This document shows, in pieces, positions 12,308-23,227 of a stretch of 64,000 bases of DNA (its first letter is position 1; each line of letters opens with the position of its first letter). The translations under genes were made by a program, and so were the position numbers. The notes under the pieces are model-generated. The model saw only the letters and a list, made by a program, of their open reading frames with translations. It was not told the origin of the DNA and did not search any database. The stretch lies in assembly GCF_055900595.2 (NCBI RefSeq), contig NZ_CM148325.1. The stretch is one strand, 5' to 3'.

Positions 12308-13201
12308 ATGACGAATTTAAAAGCAGTTATTCCTGTAGCGGGTCTTGGGATGCATATGTTGCCTGCCACTAAGGCGATTCCCAAAGAGATGCTACCGATC
12401 GTCGACAAGCCAATGATTCAGTACATTGTTGACGAGATTGTGGCTGCAGGGATCAAAGAAATCCTCCTGGTAACTCACGCGTCCAAGAACGCGGTCGAAA
12501 ACCACTTCGACACCTCTTATGAATTAGAATCTCTTCTTGAGCAGCGCGTGAAGCGTCAACTGCTTGCGGAAGTGCAGTCCATCTGTCCACCGGGCGTGAC
12601 CATTATGAACGTGCGTCAGGGCGAACCTTTAGGTTTAGGCCACTCCATTTTATGTGCACGACCCGCCATTGGTGACAATCCATTTGTCGTGGTGCTGCCA
12701 GACGTTGTGATCGACGACGCCAGCGCCGACCCGCTGCGCTACAACCTTGCTGCCATGATTGCACGATTCAACGAAACGGGTCGTAGCCAGGTGCTGGCAA
12801 AACGTATGCCGGGTGACCTCTCTGAATACTCGGTCATCCAGACCAAAGAACCACTGGACCGTGAAGGTAAAGTCAGCCGCATTGTTGAATTTATCGAAAA
12901 ACCGGATCAGCCGCAGACGTTGGACTCAGACATCATGGCCGTTGGTCGCTATGTGCTTTCTGCCGATATTTGGCCGGAACTTGAATGCACGCAGCCAGGT
13001 GCATGGGGGCGTATTCAGCTGACTGATGCCATCGCTGAACTGGCGAAAAAACAGTCCGTTGATGCCATGCTGATGACAGGTGACAGCTACGACTGCGGTA
13101 AAAAAATGGGTTATATGCAGGCATTTGTGAAGTATGGACTACGCAACCTGAAAGAAGGGGCGAAGTTCCGTAAAGGGATTGAGAAGCTGTTAAGCGAATA
13201 A
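12308..13201 (+). CDS. galF: UTP-glucose-1-phosphate uridylyltransferase regulatory paralogue GalF
   Basis: ORF 12296..13201; start taken at [14 protein letters not shown]; conserved left flank of O-antigen loci. Confidence 0.92.
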   Translation: MTNLKAVIPVAGLGMHMLPATKAIPKEMLPIVDKPMIQYIVDEIVAAGIKEILLVTHASKNAVENHFDTSYELESLLEQRVKRQLLAEVQSICPPGVTIMNVRQGEPLGLGHSILCARPAIGDNPFVVVLPDVVIDDASADPLRYNLAAMIARFNETGRSQVLAKRMPGDLSEYSVIQTKEPLDREGKVSRIVEFIEKPDQPQTLDSDIMAVGRYVLSADIWPELECTQPGAWGRIQLTDAIAELAKKQSVDAMLMTGDSYDCGKKMGYMQAFVKYGLRNLKEGAKFRKGIEKLLSE

Positions 13202-13485
13202 TGAAATCTGACCGGATGTAACGGTTGATAAGAAAATTATAACGGCAGTGAAGATTCGTGGCGAAAGTAATTTGTTGCGAATATTCCTGCCGTTGTTTTA
13301 TATAAACAATCAGAATAACAACGAGTTAGCAATAGGATTTTAGTCAAAGTTTTCCAGGATTTTCCTTGTTTCCAGAGCGGATTGGTAAGACAATTAGCGT
13401 TTGAATTTTTCGAGCTAAGCGCGAGTGGGTAACGCTCGTCACATCGTAGACATGCATGCAGTGCACTGGTAGCTGTAAAGCCTGG

Positions 13486-13497
13486 GGCGGTAGCGTG
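13486..13497 (+). promoter_or_regulatory. ops element (GGCGGTAGCGTG) within a JUMPstart-like region upstream of the O-antigen operon
   Basis: Exact ggcggtagcgtg seen in the galF-distal intergenic region; the known RfaH recruitment site of polysaccharide operons. Confidence 0.65.
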
Positions 13498-13649
13498 TCT
13501 AGGGGCAGGGAAAGATTATCAGAAGTACACTTTTTGTACTAAATAATTCGCATTTTATGTTCAAAAATTGAGATATCCCTCATTACCTAAAACTGTTTTT
13601 CACAGCTTATATATGATCAAATACTCCTTGCTTAAATAAGGAGAACAAA

Positions 13650-14786
13650 ATGGAACTTAAAAAATTGATGGAACATATTTCTGTTATTCCCGATTACAGA
13701 CAAGCCTGGAAAGTGGAATATAATTTGTCGGATATTCTACTGTTGACTATTTGTGCCGTCATTTCTGGTGCAGAAGGCTGGGAAGATATAGAGGATTTTG
13801 GGGAAACACATCTCGATTTTTTGAAGCAATATGGTGATTTTGAAAATGGTATTCCTGTTCACGATACCATTGCCAGAGTTGTATCCTGTATCAGTCCTGC
13901 AAAATTTCACGAGTGCTTTATTAACTGGATGCGTGACTGCCATTCTTCAGATGATAAAGACGTCATTGCAATTGATGGAAAAACGCTCCGGCACTCTTAT
14001 GACAAGAGTCGCCGCAGGGGAGCGATTCATGTCATTAGTGCGTTCTCAACAATGCACAGTCTGGTCATCGGACAGATCAGGACGGATGAGAAATCCAATG
14101 AGATTACAGCTATCCCTGAACTTATTAACATGCTGGATATTAAAGGAAAAATCATCACAACTGATGCGATGGGTTGCCAGAAAGATATTGCAGAGAAGAT
14201 ACAAAAACAGGGAGGTGATTATTTATTCGCTGTAAAAGGAAACCAGGGGCGGCTAAATAAAGCCTTTGAGGAAAAATTTCCGCTGAAAGAATTAAATAAT
14301 CCAGAGCATGACAGTTACGCAATGAGTGAAAAGAGTCACGGCAGAGAAGAAATCCGTCTTCATATTGTTTGCGATGTCCCTGATGAACTTATTGATTTCA
14401 CGTTTGAATGGAAAGGACTGAAAAAATTATGTGTGGCAGCCTCCTTTCGGTCAATAATAGCAGAACAAAAGAAAGAGCCAGAAATGACGGTCAGATATTA
14501 TATCAGTTCTGCTGATTTAACCGCAGAGAAGTTCGCCACAGCAATCCGAAACCACTGGCACGTGGAGAATAAGCTGCACTGGCGTCTGGACGTGGTAATG
14601 AATGAAGACGACTGCAAAATAAGAAGAGGAAATGCAGCAGAATTATTTTCAGGGATACGGCACATCGCTATTAATATTTTGACGAATGATAAGGTATTCA
14701 AGGCAGGGTTAAGACGTAAGATGCGAAAAGCAGCCATGGACAGAAACTATCTGGCGTCAGTCCTTGCGGGGAGCGGGCTTTCGTAA
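13650..14786 (+). CDS. ISAs1-family transposase (Rhs H-repeat-associated protein)
   Basis: 378-aa ORF with the H-repeat/ISAs1 transposase signature as I recall it (…[10 protein letters not shown]…, …AVKGNQGRL…, …[15 protein letters not shown]…); GC lower than flanking core. Confidence 0.85.
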   Translation: MELKKLMEHISVIPDYRQAWKVEYNLSDILLLTICAVISGAEGWEDIEDFGETHLDFLKQYGDFENGIPVHDTIARVVSCISPAKFHECFINWMRDCHSSDDKDVIAIDGKTLRHSYDKSRRRGAIHVISAFSTMHSLVIGQIRTDEKSNEITAIPELINMLDIKGKIITTDAMGCQKDIAEKIQKQGGDYLFAVKGNQGRLNKAFEEKFPLKELNNPEHDSYAMSEKSHGREEIRLHIVCDVPDELIDFTFEWKGLKKLCVAASFRSIIAEQKKEPEMTVRYYISSADLTAEKFATAIRNHWHVENKLHWRLDVVMNEDDCKIRRGNAAELFSGIRHIAINILTNDKVFKAGLRRKMRKAAMDRNYLASVLAGSGLS

Positions 14787-14864
14787 TCTTGCCCTGAATA
14801 AACAACTTATTGATTCATGTGAATAAGTTACTCGAATGATATCTGTTGTATATGGGGCACTTCA

Positions 14865-16109
14865 TTGAGCAAAACTAAACTAAATGTTCTTTACCTTGCA
14901 ATAAGTCAGGGTGCCAATTACCTACTGCCATTATTAATTTTTCCTTATCTTGTTAGAGTCATTGGTGTATCGAATTTTGGTGATCTGAGTTTTTCATTGA
15001 TAACTATACAAGTGTTGTTAATGGTTGTTGAATATGGTTTTGGATATAGTGGGACAAGAGAAATAGCACTAAATAACGATAAAAAATACCATTCTGAATT
15101 TTTTTGCGGTGTGGTGCTTGCTCGTTTTATATTAATGCTAATTGCAGCTATTATACTCATAATACTCTGTTTTTTTTATGTTTTTAACGACGTTAAGTAT
15201 TTGTTATGTGTTGGTTTTCTGTCCGTAATTGCAGGTGTTTTCAATCCAAATTGGTTTTTGCAAGGTAAGGAAATGATGAGTGTGATGGCTGTGCTGTCAC
15301 TATTTTCACGAGGCATAGCAGTCGTTGCAGTTTATCTAATTATAAAACCCGCAACGCCGATGTACATCAGTGCCTTATTATTGAGCATGCCATATATTTT
15401 GTATTCATTCTGTGGCGTTGCCTACTTACTTATTATCAAGGAGATTTTTTTATGTAGGCCACCGATAAAGAAAATTCAAGTAATTTTAAAAAATGGATTT
15501 CATTTTTTTTGTTCAACACTTGCGACTAGTGCATACACAATGTTGACCCCTCTTGTATTGGGTGGCGTATCTGGAAAGTTTGATGTAGGCATCTTTAACT
15601 CAGCTAACATGATCAAACAAGGTTTGGCTGGACTTGCATCACCATTAGTCCAAGCTTTTTATCCAAGAATTAACATTTTGCAAAGAGAGAATCCATATAT
15701 TGCAAACTTAAAATCTAGAATGATTCTTAAATACTTGCTTGTTTTTTACATGGCTTTAGCAATGCCATTTTTACTTTTTGCCAACCAATTATCATTATTA
15801 ATATTCGGCATGAAAGGTGAAGTAATTGCAGGTGCAATGCAATTAATGACATTGCTTCCTATATTCATAGGTTTTAATACAGTTGTCGGGTTACTTGTAT
15901 TAGTACCTAATGGGATGCAAAAACAGTATTTCAAATCTATTTTCCTAGGAACTATTACTTGTTTAAGCATAGTTTATCCAGCATGTAAATATTATGGAGC
16001 AACGGGTGCGATTGTGAGTCTTATTGTAGCTGAAATTTTCGTTGGCATGGGAATGCTTAAACAATTCATTAAAGTAAATAAAACTGTATGTAGGCCTCAT
16101 AAATTATGA
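14865..16109 (+). CDS. wzx: O-antigen flippase Wzx
   Basis: 414-aa, about 12-TM protein with a typical Wzx N-terminus; first gene of a low-GC cluster. Confidence 0.8.
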   Translation: MSKTKLNVLYLAISQGANYLLPLLIFPYLVRVIGVSNFGDLSFSLITIQVLLMVVEYGFGYSGTREIALNNDKKYHSEFFCGVVLARFILMLIAAIILIILCFFYVFNDVKYLLCVGFLSVIAGVFNPNWFLQGKEMMSVMAVLSLFSRGIAVVAVYLIIKPATPMYISALLLSMPYILYSFCGVAYLLIIKEIFLCRPPIKKIQVILKNGFHFFCSTLATSAYTMLTPLVLGGVSGKFDVGIFNSANMIKQGLAGLASPLVQAFYPRINILQRENPYIANLKSRMILKYLLVFYMALAMPFLLFANQLSLLIFGMKGEVIAGAMQLMTLLPIFIGFNTVVGLLVLVPNGMQKQYFKSIFLGTITCLSIVYPACKYYGATGAIVSLIVAEIFVGMGMLKQFIKVNKTVCRPHKL

Positions 16110-17092
16110 ATATCTCGGTAATAATATCTGTTTGGAAACGCCCAGTTCAATTAGAATTGATTCTCTCTGAGCTCGATTCTCAGGCTAAAGACAATAGTCT
16201 ACACCTAGAAGTAATTGTTTCCGATAGTCATAGTGGTAAAGAAATTGATGATGTAGTTGCTGATAATATTCATAAAAAGAAAAATATTAATATTATCCAT
16301 CAACATACTAAAAATATACTCTCCGCTAAGCGCAATTTCGGAGCATCCCTAGCCCATGGGGATTATTTAATATTTCTTGATGATGATTGTATACCCGCAA
16401 GTGGATATATATCATCGTTGCTGAACTATTTAAAAAAAATGAATAGTAAAAGCGTATTATGTGGGGAAGTTAGATTCGAAAATGAACTCATTGAGACCAG
16501 CAATTACTATCGCTACAGGAACTCTTTACACCCTAAGTTTAGTGATAGTCATGATATCTCTATGAATGCCTGGACTTTTGTCGCAATGAATTGTGTTCTT
16601 GATAGAAAGGCATTTTCATCAGGTATAGTTTCATATAATGAAAATTTTATTGGTTATGGTTGTGAAGATCATGAGTTTGGGTGGCAACTTGAAAAAAATG
16701 ACTTCAAAATTATTTTTGCTGATTTTAAAATATTACATCACGAATACAGTGGCGATATAGAAGGATATACAAAAAAAATTCGTGCTACAGCACGTGATGG
16801 TATGAATGTATTAAGCAAAGTAAGACCTGAAATGTTTTCTACTAATAAAAAATTATTCCTGGTTGAGAAAATATTTAGTAAACACAAAACGTTTAGTAAA
16901 ATATGCCAATCAATATTTTTCAATAAATTTATTTTTAAAAAAATAATACAATTTTTAAAAAAAACAGATGCAAATAAAAAACTCTATTTCCCAATTCTTT
17001 ACAGATATGTGTTGATTTCGGCATATATACATGGTATTGGAGAGCGTGGCACCTCAAAAACAGATGAATTGCTTAAGAACTGGTATATATAG
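16106..17092 (+). CDS. Glycosyltransferase family 2 (O-antigen)
   Basis: 328-aa ORF with a GT2-type acidic motif (YLIFLDDDCIP); start overlaps the wzx stop. Confidence 0.8.
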   Translation: MNISVIISVWKRPVQLELILSELDSQAKDNSLHLEVIVSDSHSGKEIDDVVADNIHKKKNINIIHQHTKNILSAKRNFGASLAHGDYLIFLDDDCIPASGYISSLLNYLKKMNSKSVLCGEVRFENELIETSNYYRYRNSLHPKFSDSHDISMNAWTFVAMNCVLDRKAFSSGIVSYNENFIGYGCEDHEFGWQLEKNDFKIIFADFKILHHEYSGDIEGYTKKIRATARDGMNVLSKVRPEMFSTNKKLFLVEKIFSKHKTFSKICQSIFFNKFIFKKIIQFLKKTDANKKLYFPILYRYVLISAYIHGIGERGTSKTDELLKNWYI

Positions 17093-17141
17093 ATGATGCT
17101 ATCTTCATTTATTAAGACATTTGTATGGAAGGTAAAAGACA

Positions 17142-18320
17142 ATGAAGTATAATGCATTGATGGCTTTTTTATTATTTTTTGTTGTTTTTTTTAGATTGTC
17201 GCTGATAATACCTTTCTTATATTTGGCATTTATTCCTGCATTTTTTGGTATTATGTATTTAGTGCGTAATTTTATGATTACTATGGGCAATGGATTGGTA
17301 TCTATAGATCGTAAAAATTTGTTGCTGTTATCTATATTCATAATTATTTTTTTATTTTGTATGGTTTTCGATTCGTTTCAAAAAAGCCAATCTTTTCAAA
17401 GCTATTTCACCGTTAGATTATTTATGTTGTTTTTATTTTCATTTGTTCCTGCGTATTATTTAGTAAATAGATTCATAAAGGGTGACTTGAAATTAATGGA
17501 GCGAATATTAGTGTATTCTCTCTGGGTTCAAATAGTTATTTTTTTTGGTATGTATATAAGTCCAGAGTTAAAAAGATTGTTATATACTTTCTTTGGTATG
17601 TCTGACTCAGTTAATCTTTGGGAACAAAATGCTAAAGTAAGAGGATTTGGGTTGTCGGGTGAAATAAATTTCATGACACCATTTTTGATGATCTATATGT
17701 CATTTTTTATGATGAAAAGGCGTTATGCTTTAATTACTTTAATTTGTCTTACTCAAATCGTAAATTCTAACATGGCTGTGATTGCAGCCATTATTGGTAT
17801 CGGTTGCTCTAGACTTAATATTAATATAAAAATTGCAACAGTATTGGTTTTGGGAGTTTTAGTTTATAGCTTAGGAGCGGTGTTCTTCCCTCGATTTTAT
17901 GATGAGTTCGTTTCTGGAGATGGCACAAGAACTCTGGATATCTTATTACAGCAACATGTGTTTGTTGTAGGTAATTTAGATTTTTTTAATATTATATTTG
18001 GATTACAGCAAAACATATCTTCATCAATCCCCGATATTAAACAAAGTTCGGATATGGGCTGGGTTATACTGTTTAATTACGGTGGGTTAACATTTATTAC
18101 ACTCTTTTTATTTTTAATCTTTACTATTTCTATTGCGACATTTGGAATGACATATCAAGCAATTATATGGATGTTAATTGGGATAATTTTCAATACCAAA
18201 GGTTTAGTTTTAGGATCTAACGGCTATTTCTTTCTATCTTTTATATATATGTTTTTGAATAGAGTAACACTTAGTGGACAGAGTTCAATTACTAATAAGT
18301 TAGGCCAAGTAAGTAAATAG
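17142..18320 (+). CDS. wzy: O-antigen polymerase Wzy (putative)
   Basis: 392-aa very hydrophobic multi-TM protein, very AT-rich, between a GT and the sugar-pathway genes. Confidence 0.7.
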   Translation: MKYNALMAFLLFFVVFFRLSLIIPFLYLAFIPAFFGIMYLVRNFMITMGNGLVSIDRKNLLLLSIFIIIFLFCMVFDSFQKSQSFQSYFTVRLFMLFLFSFVPAYYLVNRFIKGDLKLMERILVYSLWVQIVIFFGMYISPELKRLLYTFFGMSDSVNLWEQNAKVRGFGLSGEINFMTPFLMIYMSFFMMKRRYALITLICLTQIVNSNMAVIAAIIGIGCSRLNINIKIATVLVLGVLVYSLGAVFFPRFYDEFVSGDGTRTLDILLQQHVFVVGNLDFFNIIFGLQQNISSSIPDIKQSSDMGWVILFNYGGLTFITLFLFLIFTISIATFGMTYQAIIWMLIGIIFNTKGLVLGSNGYFFLSFIYMFLNRVTLSGQSSITNKLGQVSK

Positions 18321-18361
18321 CTTCCAGAGTATATTTGTCAATAATTTGAGGTTCGGTTATT

Positions 18362-19396
18362 ATGTTTTCATCTAAAACACTGTTAATTACTGGTGGTACT
18401 GGCTCTTTCGGGAATGCTGTATTAAATAGATTTCTTGATACAGATATTGCAGAAATCCGTATATTTAGTCGTGATGAAAAAAAACAAGATGATATGCGGA
18501 AAAAATACAATAATCAAAAATTAAAGTTCTATATTGGTGATGTCAGAGATTACCGTAGTATTTTGAATGCGACTCGCGGTGTTGATTTTATATATCATGC
18601 AGCGGCACTTAAGCAAGTTCCATCATGTGAATTTCATCCTATGGAAGCCGTTAAAACTAATATCCTTGGTACGGAAAATGTTCTTGAAGCAGCTATAGCG
18701 AATGAAGTGAAGAGGGTTGTATGCCTAAGTACTGATAAAGCTGTATACCCGATTAACGCAATGGGTATTTCAAAAGCTATGATGGAAAAGGTCATGGTCG
18801 CGAAATCCCGTAATGTTGATCGCAATAAAACAGTAATATGTGGTACCCGTTATGGGAATGTTATGGCATCTCGCGGTTCAGTTATTCCATTATTTGTTGA
18901 TCTTATTAGAGCGGGCAAGCCACTCACAATAACTGATCCTAATATGACCCGCTTTATGATGACTCTTGAGGATGCGGTAGATTTAGTTCTTTATGCGTTT
19001 GAACATGGTAATAATGGTGATATCTTTGTGCAAAAAGCACCTGCAGCAACTATTGACACATTAGCTATTGCTTTAAAGGAATTACTAAATGTTCCAGACC
19101 ATCCGGTAAATGTCATTGGAACGCGTCATGGCGAGAAATTATATGAAGCTCTACTTAGTCGTGAGGAAATGATCGCTGCTATAGATATGGGTGATTATTA
19201 CCGTGTCCCGCCAGATCTTCGTGACCTTAATTATGGCAAATATGTTGAGCAAGGTGATAGCCGAATATCTGAAATAGAAGATTATAACTCTCATAATACT
19301 CAACGGTTAGATGTTGAAGGCATGAAAGAGCTCTTGCTAAAATTAGCCTTTATTCGAGCAATTCGTGCTGGTGAAAAATATAATCTGGATTCATGA
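18362..19396 (+). CDS. fnlA: UDP-GlcNAc 4,6-dehydratase/5-epimerase (FnlA/CapE/WbjB-like)
   Basis: 344-aa SDR-type ORF (LITGGTGSFG, extended SDR); first of a three-gene L-FucNAc-type pathway. Confidence 0.85.
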   Translation: MFSSKTLLITGGTGSFGNAVLNRFLDTDIAEIRIFSRDEKKQDDMRKKYNNQKLKFYIGDVRDYRSILNATRGVDFIYHAAALKQVPSCEFHPMEAVKTNILGTENVLEAAIANEVKRVVCLSTDKAVYPINAMGISKAMMEKVMVAKSRNVDRNKTVICGTRYGNVMASRGSVIPLFVDLIRAGKPLTITDPNMTRFMMTLEDAVDLVLYAFEHGNNGDIFVQKAPAATIDTLAIALKELLNVPDHPVNVIGTRHGEKLYEALLSREEMIAAIDMGDYYRVPPDLRDLNYGKYVEQGDSRISEIEDYNSHNTQRLDVEGMKELLLKLAFIRAIRAGEKYNLDS

Positions 19397-19397
19397 T

Positions 19398-20501
19398 ATG
19401 AAAATATTAGTTACTGGTGCAAATGGTTTTATTGGTCGTAATTTATGTTTGAGGCTTGAGGAACTTGGTTATAAAGATCTTATTAGAATCGATCGAGAAT
19501 CAACGAAGCAAGATCTTGAACAAGGCTTACAGGATGCCGATTTTATTTATCACTTAGCTGGTATCAATAGACCTAAGACTGATGATGAGTTTATTTCTGG
19601 AAACAGTGATTTAACAAAGCATATAGTTGAGTATCTCCTTTCTATTGGTAAGAATACACCAATTATGCTAAGTTCTTCGATACAAGCTGAACTTAATAAT
19701 GCTTATGGGGTTAGCAAAGCTGTAGCTGAAAGCTATGTCCAAAAATATGCTGCTGCTAGTGGTTCTTCGTATTATATTTTCAGATATCCAAACGTTTTTG
19801 GTAAATGGTGTAAGCCAAACTATAATTCTTTTATAGCAACTTTTTGCTACAATATTTCCAATGATATTGAGATTACTATCAATGATGCATCAGCGCCAGT
19901 CAAACTGGTCTATATTGATGATGTTTGTACTGATGCTATAGCTCTTCTCTCTGGGACGGTTGAAAGCGGATATAAAGTTGTTGCACCAATTTATTCAACA
20001 ACAGTTGGTGAAGTTGCAGAATTAATTTATAGCTTCAAAAATAGCCGTTCCACCCTGATCACAGAGGCTGTCGGGGCGGGATTTACCCGTGCATTGTATT
20101 CTACATGGCTGAGTTATTTACCAGCAGAGAAGTTTGCGTACAAGGTACCTTTTTATGGGGATGCCCGCGGAGTCTTTTGTGAGATGTTGAAAACGCCTTC
20201 AGCGGGGCAGTTTTCATTTTTTACTGCTCACCCTGGTATTACGCGTGGCGGACATTACCATCACAGTAAAAATGAGAAGTTTTTGGTCATTCGAGGTCAG
20301 GCATGCTTTAAATTTGAACATGTGATTACCGGTGAGCGATATGAACTGCAAGTTTCATCGGGTGAGTTTAAGATTGTTGAAACAGTTCCTGGTTGGACAC
20401 ATGACATTACAAATATTGGAACTGATGAATTAATAGTCATGCTCTGGGCAAATGAAATTTTCAACCGTGATGAGCCCGATACTATTGCGAGACCTCTATA
20501 A
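19398..20501 (+). CDS. fnlB: Bifunctional reductase/epimerase (FnlB/CapF-like)
   Basis: ORF 19365..20501; start taken at MKILVTGANGFIGRNL; N-terminal SDR plus C-terminal cupin-like region, as in CapF. Confidence 0.8.
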   Translation: MKILVTGANGFIGRNLCLRLEELGYKDLIRIDRESTKQDLEQGLQDADFIYHLAGINRPKTDDEFISGNSDLTKHIVEYLLSIGKNTPIMLSSSIQAELNNAYGVSKAVAESYVQKYAAASGSSYYIFRYPNVFGKWCKPNYNSFIATFCYNISNDIEITINDASAPVKLVYIDDVCTDAIALLSGTVESGYKVVAPIYSTTVGEVAELIYSFKNSRSTLITEAVGAGFTRALYSTWLSYLPAEKFAYKVPFYGDARGVFCEMLKTPSAGQFSFFTAHPGITRGGHYHHSKNEKFLVIRGQACFKFEHVITGERYELQVSSGEFKIVETVPGWTHDITNIGTDELIVMLWANEIFNRDEPDTIARPL

Positions 20502-21631
20502 TGAAAAAATTAAAAGTTATGTCTGTTGTTGGAACCCGTCCTGAGATTATCCGTTTGTCGAGGGTTCTTGCTAAGTTTGATGAATACTGCGAGCATATTA
20601 TTGTCCATACTGGTCAAAATTATGATTACGAATTAAATGAAGTGTTCTTCAATGACTTGGGTGTTCGAAAACCTGATTATTTTTTAAATGCAGCGGGTAA
20701 AAATGCGGCGGAAACCATTGGCCAGGTTATTATTAAGGTAGATGAAGTATTAGAAATCGAAAAACCTGAAGCAATACTGGTATTGGGCGATACGAATTCA
20801 TGTATTTCTGCCATTCCGGCCAAACGCCGTAAAGTGCCTATATTTCATATGGAAGCAGGTAACCGGTGTTTCGATCAACGCGTGCCTGAAGAAACCAACA
20901 GACGTATTGTTGACCATACGGCTGATATCAATATGACCTACAGTGATATTGCTCGTGAATATCTCTTGGCTGAAGGTATCCCAGCTGATCGGATCATAAA
21001 AACTGGTAGCCCTATGTTTGAGGTTCTTTCATATTATATGCCCCAAATTGATGGTTCAGATGTGCTATCGCGTTTGAATCTACAGTCTGGTGAGTTTTTT
21101 GTAGTAAGTGCGCATCGTGAAGAGAATGTTGATTCGCCAAAACAGCTCGTAAAGCTTGCGAACATTCTAAATACTGTTGCTGAAAAATATAATCTTCCAG
21201 TTATTGTCTCCACACACCCAAGGACACGTAACCGAATCCGTGAGCAAGGAATTGAATTTCATTCAAATATAAATCTACTAAAACCATTGGGTTTCCATGA
21301 TTATAACCACTTGCAGAAGAACTCACGAGCTGTGCTTTCAGATAGCGGTACTATCACTGAAGAGTCATCCATCATGAATTTCCCAGCGGTAAACATCCGG
21401 GAAGCGCATGAGCGTCCGGAAGGCTTTGAGGAAGCATCCGTCATGATGGTGGGGTTAGAGTGTGAACGCGTATTACAAGCGCTGGATATTCTGGCAACAC
21501 AACCGAGAGGTGAAGTCCGTCTTTTACGTCAGGTTAGTGATTACAGCATGCCAAATGTGTCGGATAAAGTTGTCAGAATTGTTCACTCTTACACAGATTA
21601 TGTTAAGAGAGTCGTCTGGAAAGAATATTGA
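20501..21631 (+). CDS. fnlC: UDP-N-acetylglucosamine 2-epimerase, non-hydrolysing (FnlC/CapG-like)
   Basis: 376-aa ORF with the 2-epimerase N-terminus (MSVVGTRPEIIRLS). Confidence 0.85.
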   Translation: MKKLKVMSVVGTRPEIIRLSRVLAKFDEYCEHIIVHTGQNYDYELNEVFFNDLGVRKPDYFLNAAGKNAAETIGQVIIKVDEVLEIEKPEAILVLGDTNSCISAIPAKRRKVPIFHMEAGNRCFDQRVPEETNRRIVDHTADINMTYSDIAREYLLAEGIPADRIIKTGSPMFEVLSYYMPQIDGSDVLSRLNLQSGEFFVVSAHREENVDSPKQLVKLANILNTVAEKYNLPVIVSTHPRTRNRIREQGIEFHSNINLLKPLGFHDYNHLQKNSRAVLSDSGTITEESSIMNFPAVNIREAHERPEGFEEASVMMVGLECERVLQALDILATQPRGEVRLLRQVSDYSMPNVSDKVVRIVHSYTDYVKRVVWKEY

Positions 21632-22842
21632 TGAAACTTGCTTTAATCATAGATGATTACCTGCCCAACAGTACTCGTGTTGGTGCAAAAATGTTTCATG
21701 AACTTGCTCAAGAATTTATCCAGCGTGGGCACGATGTTACGGTAATTACTCCTGGTACGGGCATGCAAGAAGAGATTTCTTTTGATACCTTTCAGGGGGT
21801 AAAAACATGGCGTTTTAAAAGCGGGCCGCTCAAGGATGTAAGTAAAATTCAGCGAGCGATCAATGAAACGCTTTTGTCCTATCGGGCGTGGAAAGCCATC
21901 AAAAAATGGGTAAAAAAAGAGACCTTTGAGGGGGTGATTTATTATTCACCTTCCATATTCTGGGGGCATTTAGTTAAAAAAATTAAAGCTCGTTGCCAAT
22001 GTCCTGCTTATCTTATTTTAAGAGATATGTTTCCACAATGGGTAATTGATGCAGGAATGCTTAATGCTGGTTCCCCAATAGAACGCTACTTTCGTCTTTT
22101 TGAAAAAATATCTTATCGTCAGGCAAATTTTATTGGACTTATGTCTGATAAGAATCTTGATGTTTTTCGGAAAGATAATAAAGGCTATCCGTGCGAAGTT
22201 TTGCGTAATTGGGCCTCCCTAACACCAACGATCATACCCAAGGATTATATACCACTACGTAAGCGACTTGGCCTAGAGGATAAAACCATTTTCTTCTATG
22301 GTGGAAACATAGGTCATGCACAGGACATGACAAACTTGATGCGACTTGTGAGAAACATGGCAGCATATCCTCAAGCTCATTTCCTATTTATTGGCCAGGG
22401 GGATGAAGTTGAATTAATTAATTCATTAGCCTCTGAGTGGGCATTGACGAATTTCACCTATTTGCCCTCGGTTAATCAGGATGAATTTAAGTTCATTTTG
22501 TCGGAAATGGATATCGGCTTGTTTTCTCTTTCCGCTAGACACTCTTCCCATAATTTTCCTGGTAAGTTATTAGGCTATATGGTTCAGTCGCTACCTATTT
22601 TAGGTAGCGTAAATGCCGGAAATGATTTGCTCGACATTGTCAATCAAAATAATGCCGGATTAATCCATGTCAATGGTGAGGATGATAAATTATGTCAATC
22701 TGCGCTATTAATGTTGCATGATATTGATGTGCGCCGGCAACTTGGTTCGGGGGCGAATATATTGTTGAAAGAACAATTCTCCGTTGAGTCTGCGGCACAG
22801 ACGATAGAAATGAGGTTGGAGGCATGCAATGCGATTAATTGA
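21628..22842 (+). CDS. wbuB: Glycosyltransferase family 4 (WbuB-like, putative L-FucNAc transferase)
   Basis: 404-aa GT4-type ORF directly after fnlC; the gene name is by positional analogy and is uncertain. Confidence 0.65.
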   Translation: MMKLALIIDDYLPNSTRVGAKMFHELAQEFIQRGHDVTVITPGTGMQEEISFDTFQGVKTWRFKSGPLKDVSKIQRAINETLLSYRAWKAIKKWVKKETFEGVIYYSPSIFWGHLVKKIKARCQCPAYLILRDMFPQWVIDAGMLNAGSPIERYFRLFEKISYRQANFIGLMSDKNLDVFRKDNKGYPCEVLRNWASLTPTIIPKDYIPLRKRLGLEDKTIFFYGGNIGHAQDMTNLMRLVRNMAAYPQAHFLFIGQGDEVELINSLASEWALTNFTYLPSVNQDEFKFILSEMDIGLFSLSARHSSHNFPGKLLGYMVQSLPILGSVNAGNDLLDIVNQNNAGLIHVNGEDDKLCQSALLMLHDIDVRRQLGSGANILLKEQFSVESAAQTIEMRLEACNAIN

Positions 22843-23227
22843 TAATGACCAACTCGACGAATTATATGATCAAGCCGGGCAATCGGAACGTTTACGTTCC
22901 CACCTTATGATGCACGGCTCGCATCAAGAAAAGGTACAGCGTTTACTTATTGCATTAGTAAAGGGCAGCTATGTTGAACCGCATTATCACGAACTTCCTC
23001 ATCAGTGGGAAATGTTCATTGTTATGGAGGGGCAACTTAAGGTTTGTTTATATGGTAGAAATGGTGAGGTTATAAAGCAATTTATAGCAGGAGATAATAC
23101 TGGAATAAGCATTGTGGAGTTTTCTCCGGGCGATATACACAGTGTCGAATGCCTATCTCCGCGTGCTCTTATGGTGGAAGTTAAGGAGGGGCCATTTGAC
23201 CCTTCTTTTGCAAAATCGTTCGTGTGA
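22829..23227 (+). CDS. Small cupin-like protein (WbuC-like), unknown function
   Basis: 132-aa ORF overlapping the GT4 stop; last low-GC gene before gnd. Confidence 0.55.
   Translation: MRLIDNDQLDELYDQAGQSERLRSHLMMHGSHQEKVQRLLIALVKGSYVEPHYHELPHQWEMFIVMEGQLKVCLYGRNGEVIKQFIAGDNTGISIVEFSPGDIHSVECLSPRALMVEVKEGPFDPSFAKSFV

Noticed and set aside
14865-23227. IS5 insertion in the O-antigen cluster, as in E. coli K-12 wbbL
   Set aside because: No IS5-like ORF or repeats are present; the only mobile-element gene in the locus is the H-repeat transposase upstream of wzx.
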